DNA of 64,000 bases from the IMG/VR virus record IMGVR_UViG_3300042516_002090, positions 2,578-66,577 of that record; one strand, given 5' to 3'. The notes under the pieces were generated by a model. The model worked only from the letters and a program-made list of their open reading frames with translations. It had not been told where the DNA came from and ran no database searches. Source of the stretch: a virus. The translations under genes were made by a program, and so were the position numbers. Positions 26,301-37,300 of this stretch are shown piece after piece (position 1 is the stretch's first letter; every line of letters begins with the position of its first letter).

Positions 26301-29300
26301 CACACTTGTCTTTAAAACGTATTCAGGATTTCCGTCATCGTCCTTGCCTTCTTTCTCTATAGTAACTTTTGTTTTATCGAAGTCGTTTGATTCGGTAAAC
26401 AAAACGTCACCGTTTTCATCTACAGTTTCATTACCCCACTCAACATCCTCTGATTTCTTAGGATCAACCTTAGATGGCATTTTGTAATTAGTAGCCTTCT
26501 GTTCTTGAACTTCAACACTTGTGCTAGGGGTTGACAATCCATTCTTAATACCTTCTTTTAATAACTTAATATTTCCATTTATATATTCAATTCTAAACTC
26601 TTGTGATCTGAATGCATCTTTGTTGCTTTTCTTAATTGATTTAAGTTTATCCTTAGCCTCGGCAAGAAGTTTTTCATTCAGCTTCAGCTCTTCTTCATAA
26701 TCAACAACAGGGTCTGAATTTTGAGCAATCGCCCACCATTCCTTATCTCTATCCTTTAATTTTTTTACATCTCCTCCATGATGATATTTATACAATGCAT
26801 CAGGATTGGTTGTAAGACCGAGTTCTTTTGCAATAGAATCGTTTCTTTTTCTCCATTCCTCTAAAACTGATGACCTCGGTACGTTAAATCCCCACTCTTG
26901 TGGATGTGACATTTGAATCAACAAATACAAATCCACAGCCGACGCCTCTCCAATGTTGAATTGATTGTATCTAAGAAGCTGAGGATACTCTTGGGTTAGA
27001 TCAGTTTCAGATTTGTAAAATTCTGGAGAAGACAATGTCCCCTTTACACCTGCGGGTATAAAGGTATTCCTATTAGATTTTTGAACAGTTTTAGGTGCTT
27101 GTTTTGACACCGGCTGTTTGCCTGTTTTCTTTTCAGCCTTTGTTTCAGGTTCTTTTTTGGTCTCCGTCTTTGTTTCTACTGGTTCTACTTTATCCTTAGA
27201 TTTTCTTTTCTTTTTGTATTTTCCAGCAACGAACAAATAGTTAGGTTCTTTTTCATTGGGAACCTTAACAATTTCACCTGTGTTGATATTTTGTATTTCA
27301 GATATTAATGTCGGAGTAACGCTTGTAGAATATGAACTTAATACCTCATACTCCTGACCGTCTTTTATTGATTTTATCAAGTTCCCACTTCCTAAGTCAC
27401 TTAAAGAAATAGGTGTTTCACTTGTGATCTCTCTTAATGTTGCACCAAAATCAAGAAATGTATGTGTGCTTTCTAGCTGTCCATTATCGTTTATAAAAAC
27501 ACGTATACCTCTCTGATCTTCACCAAACAAAAAATACGCTTCCGTTACATCTTCTCTGTCATTGTATCCAGGGTCATCACTAAGATCAAACGGTTCTCCT
27601 ACTCTTGCTATTTTCATAGGCCCAGACATATGAGTACCCATAATCACAGTAGCACCTACTATTTTTCCAATGTTTTCTTTTGTGAATTTAGCAGGGAATA
27701 CCTTTTTGCTGTTTATAGTTGGCTTTGTGGCTGGAGCCTCTGTTTCAGGTTCTTTTTTGGTCTTAGGCTCAGGCTTTGTTTCAGGAGCCTTTTTCCCCTC
27801 AGTAAGCTCGGTTCGGCGGAAATTCGCTTCTCCTGCATATGCGGGTTCTCCTTCTGGCTTTAAAATCACCAATGAGTTATTGCCCACGTAAGATTCTGGC
27901 CATTCTTCTGAGTCAATGTTTCCAGGGAGTCTTTCTATTACAATATTTTCAGTTTCATCCGGGCCAAGGACTACGCCTTCGATATAACTTACCCAACCCA
28001 TTCTTTCATCAATAGCACGAACCACTATGTCGCCAACTTTGAATTCAGAGAGCGGCTTTCCGTTTTTATTAACTTCTTCTATCCTATCACTTACAAATTT
28101 CTCGTTTTCTTCGGTTTCAAATAACCTAGACTCCCGTGGTTTGCGCTCCTCAGTCTTAGTTTCAACTGCCGCAGGCTCGGCCTCCTCCTCGCCCTCAAAT
28201 ATCTTGGCGATGCGCTTTTTACGAGTAGTCTTGGGTTCGGTTTTGACTTCAGGCTTTGTCTCTGGAGCTTTTTCTTTTTTAGCCGGAGCTGCTTCTTCTA
28301 CTTGAGGGGCGGCTTGTGTTTTGGAGGCTTCGAGGGCGGCTAGTTTTGCGTCGTATTCAGCATTGATTTTATCTTTAGATTTTTGAAAACCACTTCTACT
28401 TACAATTTCAAAAAACAAATTAGGAGATTCTTCTGTGTTGCTCCATAATCCATTACTTTCATCTAATACTTGAGGTCTTCCGGTATTTTCATTTACTCTA
28501 AAAATTCTATTATTTGGATCACCAATTATTTTAAACTCCCCGTCTTCAACTGTTGGTTTTCTATCATAAACTACTCTATTTTTTAACTCTTCTTGTCTTT
28601 CCTTTTCTACTTCTTCCCTTTGTGCTTGAAGTACTCCACCTGCTTCAGGCGTTTCTGCGCTTGGGACTTCGATAGGTTTGGCTGCGACAGGTTCTTGCCC
28701 GACTCCGACTTGACCTGATACCCTTGTTTCGTTTTCTTTATCATATTTTAGATTGTTAAGATTTTCAAGCAATAACTTGGAGTTGCCCTGCTGGCCCTCT
28801 CTTATCTGTAACGTCTTGCCGTCCTCGGTGGTGATGTTTACCGATACTATCTTCCCGTTCTTCTCAGCGTAATTATTAAGAGTCGCATTCTTCCCGGCGT
28901 AGTTAATCGTCGCACCCTTCTCAAGCGTTGGCGTAATGAGAGTGTTTTGATTCTCGATGTTCATTTCACCGACAACACCCTCGTCGGTCTCGATTCCCAT
29001 TTCGCGAATCTTATCGACTGCACCCTCTCCCTTCTCAACAATAACACTCTTACCGTTGTTGTATTCTATCTCGTAGTCACCATCCTCGTTAATAAAGAAG
29101 TTGGCGTACTGTCCACCAATCACAACACGCTGAGGTGTTGTTGACGTGCCTACTGACTTGGCGCTGATGCCGTTTTCCCCAAGCGACAAGATTTCTTGAC
29201 GCTCGTTTTTCAATCTTTCAATCTGAGCATTGATAATAGGGTCCTTCAGGTCTGTATCCTCAAGGGTTCGTATCTGCTGGGTAATGCCAAAAGCCCTGGC

Positions 29301-31826
29301 CTTCTTAGGTCTGTCAAGGTTCTTCCAGTTAGGATGAGCAGAAAGATTCATAAAATCCTCCCTTGGCCCCTTCATGTCCTGCTTCAGCTTGCCGATGTTA
29401 TTGTTGTTGTTGTAGGCCGCTATTATACCATCAGCGTTCTCCACCGCTTCGAGCATGATCTCCTCTGAGATATTTGAAGCGCCAACAGGTCTCTTAAAGA
29501 AATTACCCACGCTACCACCGATCAGACCACCTAACGCCGCGTCCTTATATGCTCTGCTATTCAAAAGGTCCTTGAAGTATTCGGTCTCGCCAATGTAGTT
29601 GATCAGACCCTTAACACCATCATCAACGGTCTTTTGGGCCAACTCCTCGCCGCCTTCTTTGAGGCCGGAAAGCAAGTATGATTCCGCTGATTCGGGCATG
29701 GCATTTCTAAACGCTTGAGAAACACTTTTGCTACTAGCGATTTCATTCAGCATTGATTTTCTGAATGCAGATGGCTCAAAGTACTTGATATCTGGAATTA
29801 ATCCTTCTACCAACGATGTCGCCACCGCCACCGCAGTTGATGCAGCCGCAGCTTGTCGTGGGGACATTTTGTGCGTATTGATTGCCTCCTCATAAGCGCC
29901 AACCTCTGTGGTTAGCATTGATGACACGAACGTAGCTCCGAACTGAGACATCTTTGATGCCCCGCCAAACGTACCGCCAAGTGCGAATACAGCAAGAGAG
30001 GACAAGGTGTTACCACCAAGACCAGCCAAATACTGAGTAGTCGATTCAGAGTCTATGCTTGGAAAATCAAGTTGCTTTTCCATTCTGTAGTTTTCCACGC
30101 CGTCGTAGAACTCGTCCAAGAAATTGTATTCTGTATTACCAGTGATAAGATCCTCTACAACCTTTGGTATCTGAACCACGTTAAGGGCTAGATCTCCGAT
30201 ACCCGAAGCAAACGTGTTGGCTAGTTCGCCGGGAGCGTAAACCATCTTCATTAATGGAGATGCGCTTTCCCATCTTTGCTTTCCAGCCTCTTGGGCTTTT
30301 TCTATCTGATCTTTTAAAGTGCTGTACTCGGAGTAATAATTTATATTTTCTTGGTTCATTGTACCAAGAGCCTTGAGCGACAATGCCGACTGACCCAACT
30401 GTTGATACGCGCCTTTTGCTTGTTGCAGCTTAGCCACGTTTTCGTCAGTCATTCTTGACCTAACCTTCAGTGTTTCGTAGTCTTGTTGCAACTTATTGCT
30501 TCGCTCTTCAAGTTGTGCAAAACTTGGATACTTTGCCTTGTACGCCTCGTATTCAGCCTTGTATTCGTCAGTGATCCTATTAAACTCAGCCTCATAATCT
30601 TCACGATTCATGGTTGAGGCTTTGGTGTTTAAACTTTCGATAGCCTTATTGAAGGCCGCTTCTTTCTCACTCCATTGAGCAGAAGACTGACTAGCCTGTT
30701 CGTTAAGTCTCTTGTATTCGCTATCAATAGCCGCTCTCTCCTTATTCAAGGCTATCACACCACTGTCAAACATTCGAGTGTCAATAGAAGCCTCTATCTG
30801 AGAGTATTCGTTTACGGCTGACTTTTGTTTTTCGTAGTTCCTCTTTATGGCAGACATCTTCATTTGAATAGCCCTGGTCTCCATTGAATGAAGCCACTCT
30901 TCATTCTTGGCGCTTCTGTCCGCTTTTGATTTTAATGCCAGATATTTGTTTTGTTCCGCCTCACCAGCCTCTGGGTATTTGGCTTTCATGTAGGTGAAAT
31001 AGTCATCCATCAAAGCGGATGTTATCTCACCTCTTTTGCCCTCTTTCTCAATGGTAGTTCCATTGGGAACTTCTCTTTGGCCAAGAGCAATTTGAAGATC
31101 CGTTAAATCAGCCGGTGCTACTGTGAAGTACGGGAAGAACTTATCAGACTTGTTGCCAGCACTTTCCATGTAGCTGTCTATCTCCTCGCCAAACTGAGCC
31201 TCGTACTCTTTCTTTATCTGATTGTCTACATCCTCCTTTGATAGAAGATTTACACCTTTCTCTTGCAGTACTTGTTGGCTCTTTTCAAAAGCCTTTTGAT
31301 TAACCTTTTTAATGGTCTCTTCAGATGTCCAATCGGTTCCTTTCTCCTCAGAAATCTTTGTAACAGGAGACTGTACAAATTTGCCTTCCTGTACCTTTTC
31401 CTCAACCGACTTTATTGTTTTAGCCATTTGAGGAACCTGAGCTTGTGTGGTCTCAGACGGCAACTCTGGGCGACGAAATGTGATATCCTGTTCTTTCTTT
31501 TGAGGTTCTTTCTTAACCCCTTTCATTACAGGCTGCCCACTAACAAGCGCGTCAGTGACTACTTTTTGCCCAAAACTCGGCGCAGAAGGCTGACCAGGCT
31601 GCTGTACAGGCTGACCAGAAGCGGCTTGTGTACCGTCTTTTTTTTTTACACCAAGAATACTCTCAAATTCATTATAGTCTTTGAATCCAAGCTCCTTATT
31701 AGAGTTTTCAAAAAACACTTTACGACTATTGTTGTTAGCCATTAAAGACTTAAACTCATCATAGCCATTGAAACCCTTATTGTTTGCGTAATTATCCCAA
31801 AGGAACTTTAACTGATTCTCGTTCAT
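23346..31826 (-). CDS. giant polyvalent ejection protein with zincin-like domain
   Basis: 2826 aa; Gly/Ala hydrophobic segments; YIN...FHEGIH...DEIVVE; single Cys. Confidence 0.75.
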   Translation of the reverse strand: MNENQLKFLWDNYANNKGFNGYDEFKSLMANNNSRKVFFENSNKELGFKDYNEFESILGVKKKDGTQAASGQPVQQPGQPSAPSFGQKVVTDALVSGQPVMKGVKKEPQKKEQDITFRRPELPSETTQAQVPQMAKTIKSVEEKVQEGKFVQSPVTKISEEKGTDWTSEETIKKVNQKAFEKSQQVLQEKGVNLLSKEDVDNQIKKEYEAQFGEEIDSYMESAGNKSDKFFPYFTVAPADLTDLQIALGQREVPNGTTIEKEGKRGEITSALMDDYFTYMKAKYPEAGEAEQNKYLALKSKADRSAKNEEWLHSMETRAIQMKMSAIKRNYEKQKSAVNEYSQIEASIDTRMFDSGVIALNKERAAIDSEYKRLNEQASQSSAQWSEKEAAFNKAIESLNTKASTMNREDYEAEFNRITDEYKAEYEAYKAKYPSFAQLEERSNKLQQDYETLKVRSRMTDENVAKLQQAKGAYQQLGQSALSLKALGTMNQENINYYSEYSTLKDQIEKAQEAGKQRWESASPLMKMVYAPGELANTFASGIGDLALNVVQIPKVVEDLITGNTEYNFLDEFYDGVENYRMEKQLDFPSIDSESTTQYLAGLGGNTLSSLAVFALGGTFGGASKMSQFGATFVSSMLTTEVGAYEEAINTHKMSPRQAAAASTAVAVATSLVEGLIPDIKYFEPSAFRKSMLNEIASSKSVSQAFRNAMPESAESYLLSGLKEGGEELAQKTVDDGVKGLINYIGETEYFKDLLNSRAYKDAALGGLIGGSVGNFFKRPVGASNISEEIMLEAVENADGIIAAYNNNNNIGKLKQDMKGPREDFMNLSAHPNWKNLDRPKKARAFGITQQIRTLEDTDLKDPIINAQIERLKNERQEILSLGENGISAKSVGTSTTPQRVVIGGQYANFFINEDGDYEIEYNNGKSVIVEKGEGAVDKIREMGIETDEGVVGEMNIENQNTLITPTLEKGATINYAGKNATLNNYAEKNGKIVSVNITTEDGKTLQIREGQQGNSKLLLENLNNLKYDKENETRVSGQVGVGQEPVAAKPIEVPSAETPEAGGVLQAQREEVEKERQEELKNRVVYDRKPTVEDGEFKIIGDPNNRIFRVNENTGRPQVLDESNGLWSNTEESPNLFFEIVSRSGFQKSKDKINAEYDAKLAALEASKTQAAPQVEEAAPAKKEKAPETKPEVKTEPKTTRKKRIAKIFEGEEEAEPAAVETKTEERKPRESRLFETEENEKFVSDRIEEVNKNGKPLSEFKVGDIVVRAIDERMGWVSYIEGVVLGPDETENIVIERLPGNIDSEEWPESYVGNNSLVILKPEGEPAYAGEANFRRTELTEGKKAPETKPEPKTKKEPETEAPATKPTINSKKVFPAKFTKENIGKIVGATVIMGTHMSGPMKIARVGEPFDLSDDPGYNDREDVTEAYFLFGEDQRGIRVFINDNGQLESTHTFLDFGATLREITSETPISLSDLGSGNLIKSIKDGQEYEVLSSYSTSVTPTLISEIQNINTGEIVKVPNEKEPNYLFVAGKYKKKRKSKDKVEPVETKTETKKEPETKAEKKTGKQPVSKQAPKTVQKSNRNTFIPAGVKGTLSSPEFYKSETDLTQEYPQLLRYNQFNIGEASAVDLYLLIQMSHPQEWGFNVPRSSVLEEWRKRNDSIAKELGLTTNPDALYKYHHGGDVKKLKDRDKEWWAIAQNSDPVVDYEEELKLNEKLLAEAKDKLKSIKKSNKDAFRSQEFRIEYINGNIKLLKEGIKNGLSTPSTSVEVQEQKATNYKMPSKVDPKKSEDVEWGNETVDENGDVLFTESNDFDKTKVTIEKEGKDDDGNPEYVLKTSVRNKFNLDTRYENVQTFSSLEEAKEAAIKSVKDLKEAYEYDTIPASKEDYEKAFEYVKKAASAVEVLDMPIWNRDPKKIIKYLQDEYGFSSELSSLLVNKGINWAEHLAYDLKEFTFDDFKKDYGSTPFAKDVKSVLESEAKTPKKEAPKRTGKARIAKMFETDGENAAERIQEFVKESGIDVKIIDDNEAQRLGQQRQVEGSIDGIFLASKDYGVIYINRDRLKSSSGRVIAFHEGIHPVINIIRNTNPELYQAIVDGIKGEAQVNGAIANIINEVKDTGGYQLKGSETIEDEIVVETLAKIVTGDVNVTELNKSLKDLLVDIMNKIARMFGYNPVDKNASAKKFREFAQKLSFAMNNGGTIGDVVGKENVKRYENIILGNNGGQFTILNRDKTNRGVVKDTTVERPFDSSLIQYADIKEYDGKTAVGFLGDKQVVGDVVSPTGVPFYGRGGGFYPIWANQKELANLISGKISEILNGSVWATTDEDGANKLLNALKKGQLAAIGAQASTGVLGNKMMLAHYADLLNKALKPHQDTLASSKSTPQQKAEAKKFINELLDAINNPLNTAFQKDFPFYEKLLEDRPGTVVIRKQLADIEKEENKIKKSLKDGKITPAEFNKSSKGIAARKNTALAKIDAIYKKGIRFNSVQELYDELFDSTYDVRSSYFKKVFNVGNSLKFGIPSISGGATYKMDQTILDYTNEPAFANAEYGDVVGFVEYDPESLKVVKTEEADEYHHKSYNYVISGTIKSVKYLNEMLDARSIFYESKPMGTGKDVNPTQFGLRGKPEAAKAIMGAMPSAKIKAAEVTKREAEFNKPKQVAQEGQMSMINRSNDEIQRLMEDAMDAIDEAIASGTDAQIAVNDFVGSQDWYNELNPKYKNQFDEFIKEDFGVTPRGLPKKPAPKAPKAPKAAPTSGLAANISSIVENYYKIKDGDRAERAAARDAIDEILDLDPKLKYIYKNISDINKQLQEAGVITDKTDGCP

Positions 31827-31838
31827 AATTTATACAAA

Positions 31839-33113
31839 TTATTTATTTTGCTCTCTCATGAGTTCGGCCATTGTCTTTTTACCTCCTGTTGAACCCGTGC
31901 CGGTTGATGTGTCTGTATTATCGGTTGAATTATTTTTTTGAATAAAGTCTTCCATCACATCATAGCCGTTCATCTGCGCTTTCAATGCCTGTTTGTTTTT
32001 ATTATAACTAATATATGAGTCTACATCTTTGCCACCTTGTTTTTTAAATCCTCTGATACTAATTTCATTCCCCTTTAAGTAAAAAGCGGTCGGTTGAAAC
32101 TGTATTAAATTACCGTTGTCATCTTGTAGATTTAAAAATGGGAGGTTATCATTTGACGCTGTTCTTGTAATGCTTATTGCGTTTGCCTTATTAGCGGCTG
32201 GATAAGCGGCATCGTTTCCATACGTTATAGTTAATTTACCATCCCAGTTACCCGTACCGTACCCACTCTCCTTCTCTTCCTTATCTTCTCTAGATTGTTT
32301 GGTAGTGCTTCTTTTTGTCTTATCAGCTTTGAATGTAGCCTCAAATATCTCCTCCGCCTTCTTCATCAAATCAGCATCGTCCTTATACTTGCCACTATTC
32401 ATCAATGCTTCGTAGTCCTCCATTCCGCTTTGATCGTTGAAGTAAATTGACATTAACTTCTTAAAGTCCTCCTTATCCCTTCCCGTTATATCATATCCGC
32501 CTTGGGTTAATTTTTGCTCCTCCATTTTTTCTCCAATAGAATAAACAAGATTAGTAAGATCTACATTCTTTTGGTATGGCTTGCCCTGTTGGCGAATCTT
32601 GGCCCTTTCGGAAGGAGTAAGGTTTGGGTCGGCGTATTGTTCAAACCATTTGGTGGCGTATTCCTGATTCCATGTTTTTCCAGCATCCTCATCAATGTTG
32701 AAAGTATTCTTATCCCAATACTCTTTATTAGCCTTGGCCGCATTGGTTTCACGAATTACTTCAGTTTTAAGCCTTTCAAGTTCTCTTGACTCTTTTGCTG
32801 GTAAATCGTATGGGTTATATCCTTGCTCTCTAAGTGATCTAACGTAGTCGTTATAAGCTAAACTTTTTTCTTTAACCTTCTCGAAATCTAAATTCCATAC
32901 GTCAGGGGTCTTCTCAAGCATGGTGTTCCATGCGTTATTCTTCTTTTGCTGCTCCTCTTTCCTAAGTTTTTCGTCTTCACGAATATCCTTAAGCCACTGA
33001 TTCATGTTTTCAAGTGAAGAGCTTATATCCTCGGAATAGGCTGCACCTTTTCCCGAACCAGACATTTCGCCTGCTGCCCCTGTATAAACTACTGCTGCGC
33101 TTGGTACTCCCAT
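31839..33113 (-). CDS. virion ejection protein
   Basis: 424 aa, Cys-free, position in internal-protein cluster. Confidence 0.6.
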   Translation of the reverse strand: MGVPSAAVVYTGAAGEMSGSGKGAAYSEDISSSLENMNQWLKDIREDEKLRKEEQQKKNNAWNTMLEKTPDVWNLDFEKVKEKSLAYNDYVRSLREQGYNPYDLPAKESRELERLKTEVIRETNAAKANKEYWDKNTFNIDEDAGKTWNQEYATKWFEQYADPNLTPSERAKIRQQGKPYQKNVDLTNLVYSIGEKMEEQKLTQGGYDITGRDKEDFKKLMSIYFNDQSGMEDYEALMNSGKYKDDADLMKKAEEIFEATFKADKTKRSTTKQSREDKEEKESGYGTGNWDGKLTITYGNDAAYPAANKANAISITRTASNDNLPFLNLQDDNGNLIQFQPTAFYLKGNEISIRGFKKQGGKDVDSYISYNKNKQALKAQMNGYDVMEDFIQKNNSTDNTDTSTGTGSTGGKKTMAELMREQNK

Positions 33114-33125
33114 TTCAATTTATTT

Positions 33126-33929
33126 TTATCCCGGAATCCATGTTTGTAAATATGGATCGTAATATCCACCACCATAAGATCCACCTATTTGATTTTGCCA
33201 ATTAGCACCCATTCCAGATCCTCCGGCAGGATTTCCGTAATTTCCAAATTGACTATTTTGCATAGAGCCGGCCCCCATTATTGCATTAGCAGCAGACGGA
33301 GCAACAGAACCTATATCGAAGCCGCCTCCGCCCAATCCGCCTCCTCCACCGAATTGAGTTATTCCACCACCCACTGTTTGAGCCAAACTACCAAATGCGT
33401 TAAAGGTATTATTTGATTCCTTGTATCTCTTTTCTTGAAGAGCAGAAATAGCAGCCGACGTTCTCAAGAATGGGTTTAACTCATTCTCTCTGTACATTAC
33501 GTCTCTGTATTGACCTATTTGACCAGCAAGTTGAGCAATTGCGCGCATCTTTTCCTGCTCGGCCTCTCCTTGATATTGAGCAGCTGTCTCTGAGAGCTTT
33601 AAGCCGCCCATCATCCTTTGCTCTCCAAGCCCTGTTGCCGCTGCTAATAAATCTTGAGAACTAGTGGCCGCCCTGCTTACTCCCCCCAAAGCTTGCCCAT
33701 AAGACATGTCCATACCATATCTAGCAAGTTGCTGTCCCGGCATTTCTGTAGACATCCCAAGCTGTCTGTTGTAAGCAGACATCAGTTCTGGAGGGAGTTC
33801 ATATGAAGGCTCTACTAAACCCTTCTTAAGCCTGTTTATTTCTTTTTTAGCACGATTGGAGCGAACAGCACTTTGTATGCCTTTACCGAGAGCTATACTG
33901 CCAACTACTACTGATCCTATTATAGGCAT
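33126..33929 (-). CDS. virion ejection protein (T7 gp14-like position)
   Basis: Hydrophobic Gly-rich N-terminus, Q/A helix, Gly-rich tail, Cys-free. Confidence 0.65.
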   Translation of the reverse strand: MPIIGSVVVGSIALGKGIQSAVRSNRAKKEINRLKKGLVEPSYELPPELMSAYNRQLGMSTEMPGQQLARYGMDMSYGQALGGVSRAATSSQDLLAAATGLGEQRMMGGLKLSETAAQYQGEAEQEKMRAIAQLAGQIGQYRDVMYRENELNPFLRTSAAISALQEKRYKESNNTFNAFGSLAQTVGGGITQFGGGGGLGGGGFDIGSVAPSAANAIMGAGSMQNSQFGNYGNPAGGSGMGANWQNQIGGSYGGGYYDPYLQTWIPG

Positions 33930-34354
33930 GACTTATATCTTAGTTTAATAATTTTTTCCAAATCTACAGGCTCTTTCTCCATCCCACATTTCTCAAGCCA
34001 TTTTACGCTTCTTTCATTTCTTTCCCACATATAAGCGACAAAATCTCCATTCATCCAGTCTTTCACGTCTTCAAAAACACTTTTCAAGAAAGCTTTGTTT
34101 CTGTAGTTTTTGTTTACACCAAAGCTAACTAAAACATTGTCAAAGTAATAAACAAAACCAACCTCCTTTTCATTAGATTTTATAGTTTTAAAAACACCAT
34201 CAACTAATGTTTCGTAATCAACAAGCTTTTCAAAAACGTCATCAATCACACCCTTTGGTGTCGGATTTTTATTCCCTGGATCACAGTATTTATCAATCTC
34301 ATCATCCCCTTCAAACGCAGCGCAAATTGCGCTATAGGAAATCTTGCCATCCAT
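33920..34354 (-). CDS. GNAT-fold protein (T7 gp13-like position)
   Basis: SFGVNKNYRNK and NERSVKWLEKCGM acetyltransferase motifs; TAAATTTG box 6 nt upstream. Confidence 0.7.
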   Translation of the reverse strand: MDGKISYSAICAAFEGDDEIDKYCDPGNKNPTPKGVIDDVFEKLVDYETLVDGVFKTIKSNEKEVGFVYYFDNVLVSFGVNKNYRNKAFLKSVFEDVKDWMNGDFVAYMWERNERSVKWLEKCGMEKEPVDLEKIIKLRYKSCL

Positions 34355-34365
34355 TAGCGGCAAAT

Positions 34366-37300
34366 TTAAGATAAAACGCCCTTAATTCCAACAGAGAAAA
34401 GAACAGAACCTTCGCCCGATGCGCTAGGCGCCGCCGGGTCATAACTCAACGTGTGAGTCAATGCGTTTGCTCTTATGTCTTCTCCGTTTAACAAAACCTT
34501 CTCGCTCAAGTACCAAGTCCCATCAACACCTATCGTGTTCGGCTGCAAGCCTACTAACTCGATATCTGTGGTGTTGGGTCCTACGTTATAAACAGGGTTT
34601 GTAATTACACCCGTATATATATTCTTGTCTGTATCCTGAATAATAGTAATGGTCTCACCGATAAGCGATGTTTGGTTGCCATCCAAAGTCCATGTAGTTG
34701 TATTTGTCTCGCTCACATTGGAATTTATACGGAATCTTGGATCGTACAGATTCTTTCTGTAGTTTGTTTTTCCGTAACCCTCATACATATTAATAATTTG
34801 CTCTGACATTATTGTCTTCATTCCGAGCGGATAGCTTCTGTTTGGCTCGGATGACGCCTCAATAGAGAAGCTGTCATCAGAAACCAAGGTTATATCTTGA
34901 TAACGCTTTAACATCAACGGATTCTCATTAGAAACAAACGTAACCTTTTGAATAAAAGAATCGCCGTGGAATGTCCAAACACCGTCTTGGTTGTGTACGT
35001 ACAACTGGTTGTTCTTGCCCCATCCAACTAGAGTCTGTCCTAGGTTGCAAAACTGACGGAAATTGTAGTCGTATGTCGAACGCCATCTCATGTTCACGTA
35101 GTCAAACACTACGTGTTCGTAAGTCTCTTCGTCATCAAAGCTGAAAGCAAAACCAACTTCTCCAACAGTCTCATTCACATACGTCCTAACCAAAGGTGTT
35201 ATACCTAGGGCTAAACTTTCATTATACGCTTTCGCAAGTTCCTTAGTCTTTGTTCTGAACTTGTAGTCCTTCCCGGTATCGGGATCTATCTCGCTCACCA
35301 CAATTTGACCGTTTCCTCCCGAATAGATAAACACTCCAGAGTTGTTATCAAAATACATCGTGGCTCCGTTTGGAAGTACAGCAGTAGCTCCAGCATCAGA
35401 ACATCCGAAGAGACTCTTGTAATCAAACCACGAAGCAAAGGTCTTATTAGATACGCGAACCGTTGAGTCCGAGCCTACCTCGTTGGGGTAGTACTGAATG
35501 TAAATCGAGTTCTCCCTCTTTGGTTGTAGACACTTCAAGGTTTTACCTTCTCTACCCGACATATACGTTCTAATGATTTCTCCGTAGAACGGATTCATTT
35601 CCTCAATGTTTTGGTTGTCTAGCGCAAACGAAGAAAGTCCATTTACTTGAGTACCTACTATGAATGAGTCTGAGTGGATAGAAGATGCTTTTCTATGAAC
35701 CATTTTAGCATTTTGATCTTCAATCCTAATTCTTCCAGTATTGTGTATATCGCTTGACCAGTAATCTGAATAATGTGGATCTTCCACATAATAATATAGA
35801 TAGGCATACGCATCATCAAGACCAGTTCTATACAATCTCTGCCTCAAATAAACATCGCCGTACTCAACAGGGTAGTACGCTGAAGTTGTATTTGAAAGAT
35901 TATTAACTATTTGATCTTGTCCATTGAATGTAATATAAGCAATCGTTGGAGAAGGGACAACACTGTCCAAATCTAATCCGGTGGCGTTTTCAGCACTATC
36001 GTATGTAGCACTTAACACAAGTGCAAAATTTTGATCTATAGTCCCATCCGTGTAGTGAATAGTTATTGGCCAAATTGTTCCAAGTAATTGAGTTTGGTCG
36101 CCAGTGAGATAAAAATAAATTCCACCAAATACAGTAGGGCTGTATTGAACATAGTATTGAACAGGAGAACCATGAGATCTATCTTCGGTATGAGGATTTA
36201 TTATTTGAATGGCCTCTGTTACATCGTTCCAAGTAGATATAAATATGCTTCCTGTGTCGTCTGTAGAAGGACGAGGGGTATATATTTCTAGAAATTGGCC
36301 AAAAAGCCTATTGTCACTTAAAGCTAGATTATTGTCTATTATTGATGTGTCAAAAATATTAGTGTACACTAAATCACCTCCAGTTAAACCACCACCTTTT
36401 ACGTATTTAACTACGTCTAACTCCAAATAGGGAATCCAATCTAATGTGTGAGCATTCTGCCTTATAAATCTTATTTTATCACCTTCTTTTATTTCGTGTC
36501 TTATTTTAGCGCCTACAAATGTTGTCTCGTAATAATTGTCTATTTCTATTATGTACCTGTTTGAATCAAGTTTAATTGATATTGTATATCCAGAGTTAAC
36601 GTAGGCGGCGGTATCAGAGTTAGTAATGTATTGACCAAAACTCAAGATTTCCGTTGCTGGTTTTGCAACTATCCAGTATTTAGTAGCCCAAACAGGGGGG
36701 ATGTGGTTTATTACAATTTCAGGAGTTACTGTAAATGGATTTTTTTGATCTGAAAAAAGAGATTTATCTATATCGTAAAACCAAGGAACAAAGACATTCA
36801 TGGCATCCACAGTGTAGACCGTACTATCTCTATAAGCCCTATCTCCATAAACAATTCCAAATTCGTGTGTCGCTCCAACTTTCAAAGAAGGCATTGTATT
36901 GCTAAGTACCTGAAATGGTATTCGTTGATAACTTTTATTGTTTACCCCTGGATAGTCATCAAATTCATATTGAACAATCAAATAAGTAGGATCTACAACT
37001 ATTTGATTTACAAATCCAGTAGGAAGCCCACAAGCAATAGCTATTTGGTTCCCTAATATTCCTAACATTGCTTTAAAACGCTGAAATGCACCGGGTAATA
37101 TAAAAGCATTATCAATGTCAGCTTGAGTTATAGTATAATTAAAAGTGTCTCCATTAGGAAGAGGAACACTCATAACCATTCCCACAGCAAATGGAAACGG
37201 AAGATCATACGGGAGTATGATGTCTCTATAACCATAAATCCAAAATTCACAACCAAAATTATCATCATACTCTACATAAAACAACAAATCCTGAAACGGA

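Noticed and set aside
23346-31826. crAss/N4-type virion RNA polymerase
   Set aside because: No NADFDGD/DFDID-type catalytic motif or T7-type polymerase motifs seen; HExxH domain and linkers fit a polyvalent protein, and host-type promoters are widespread
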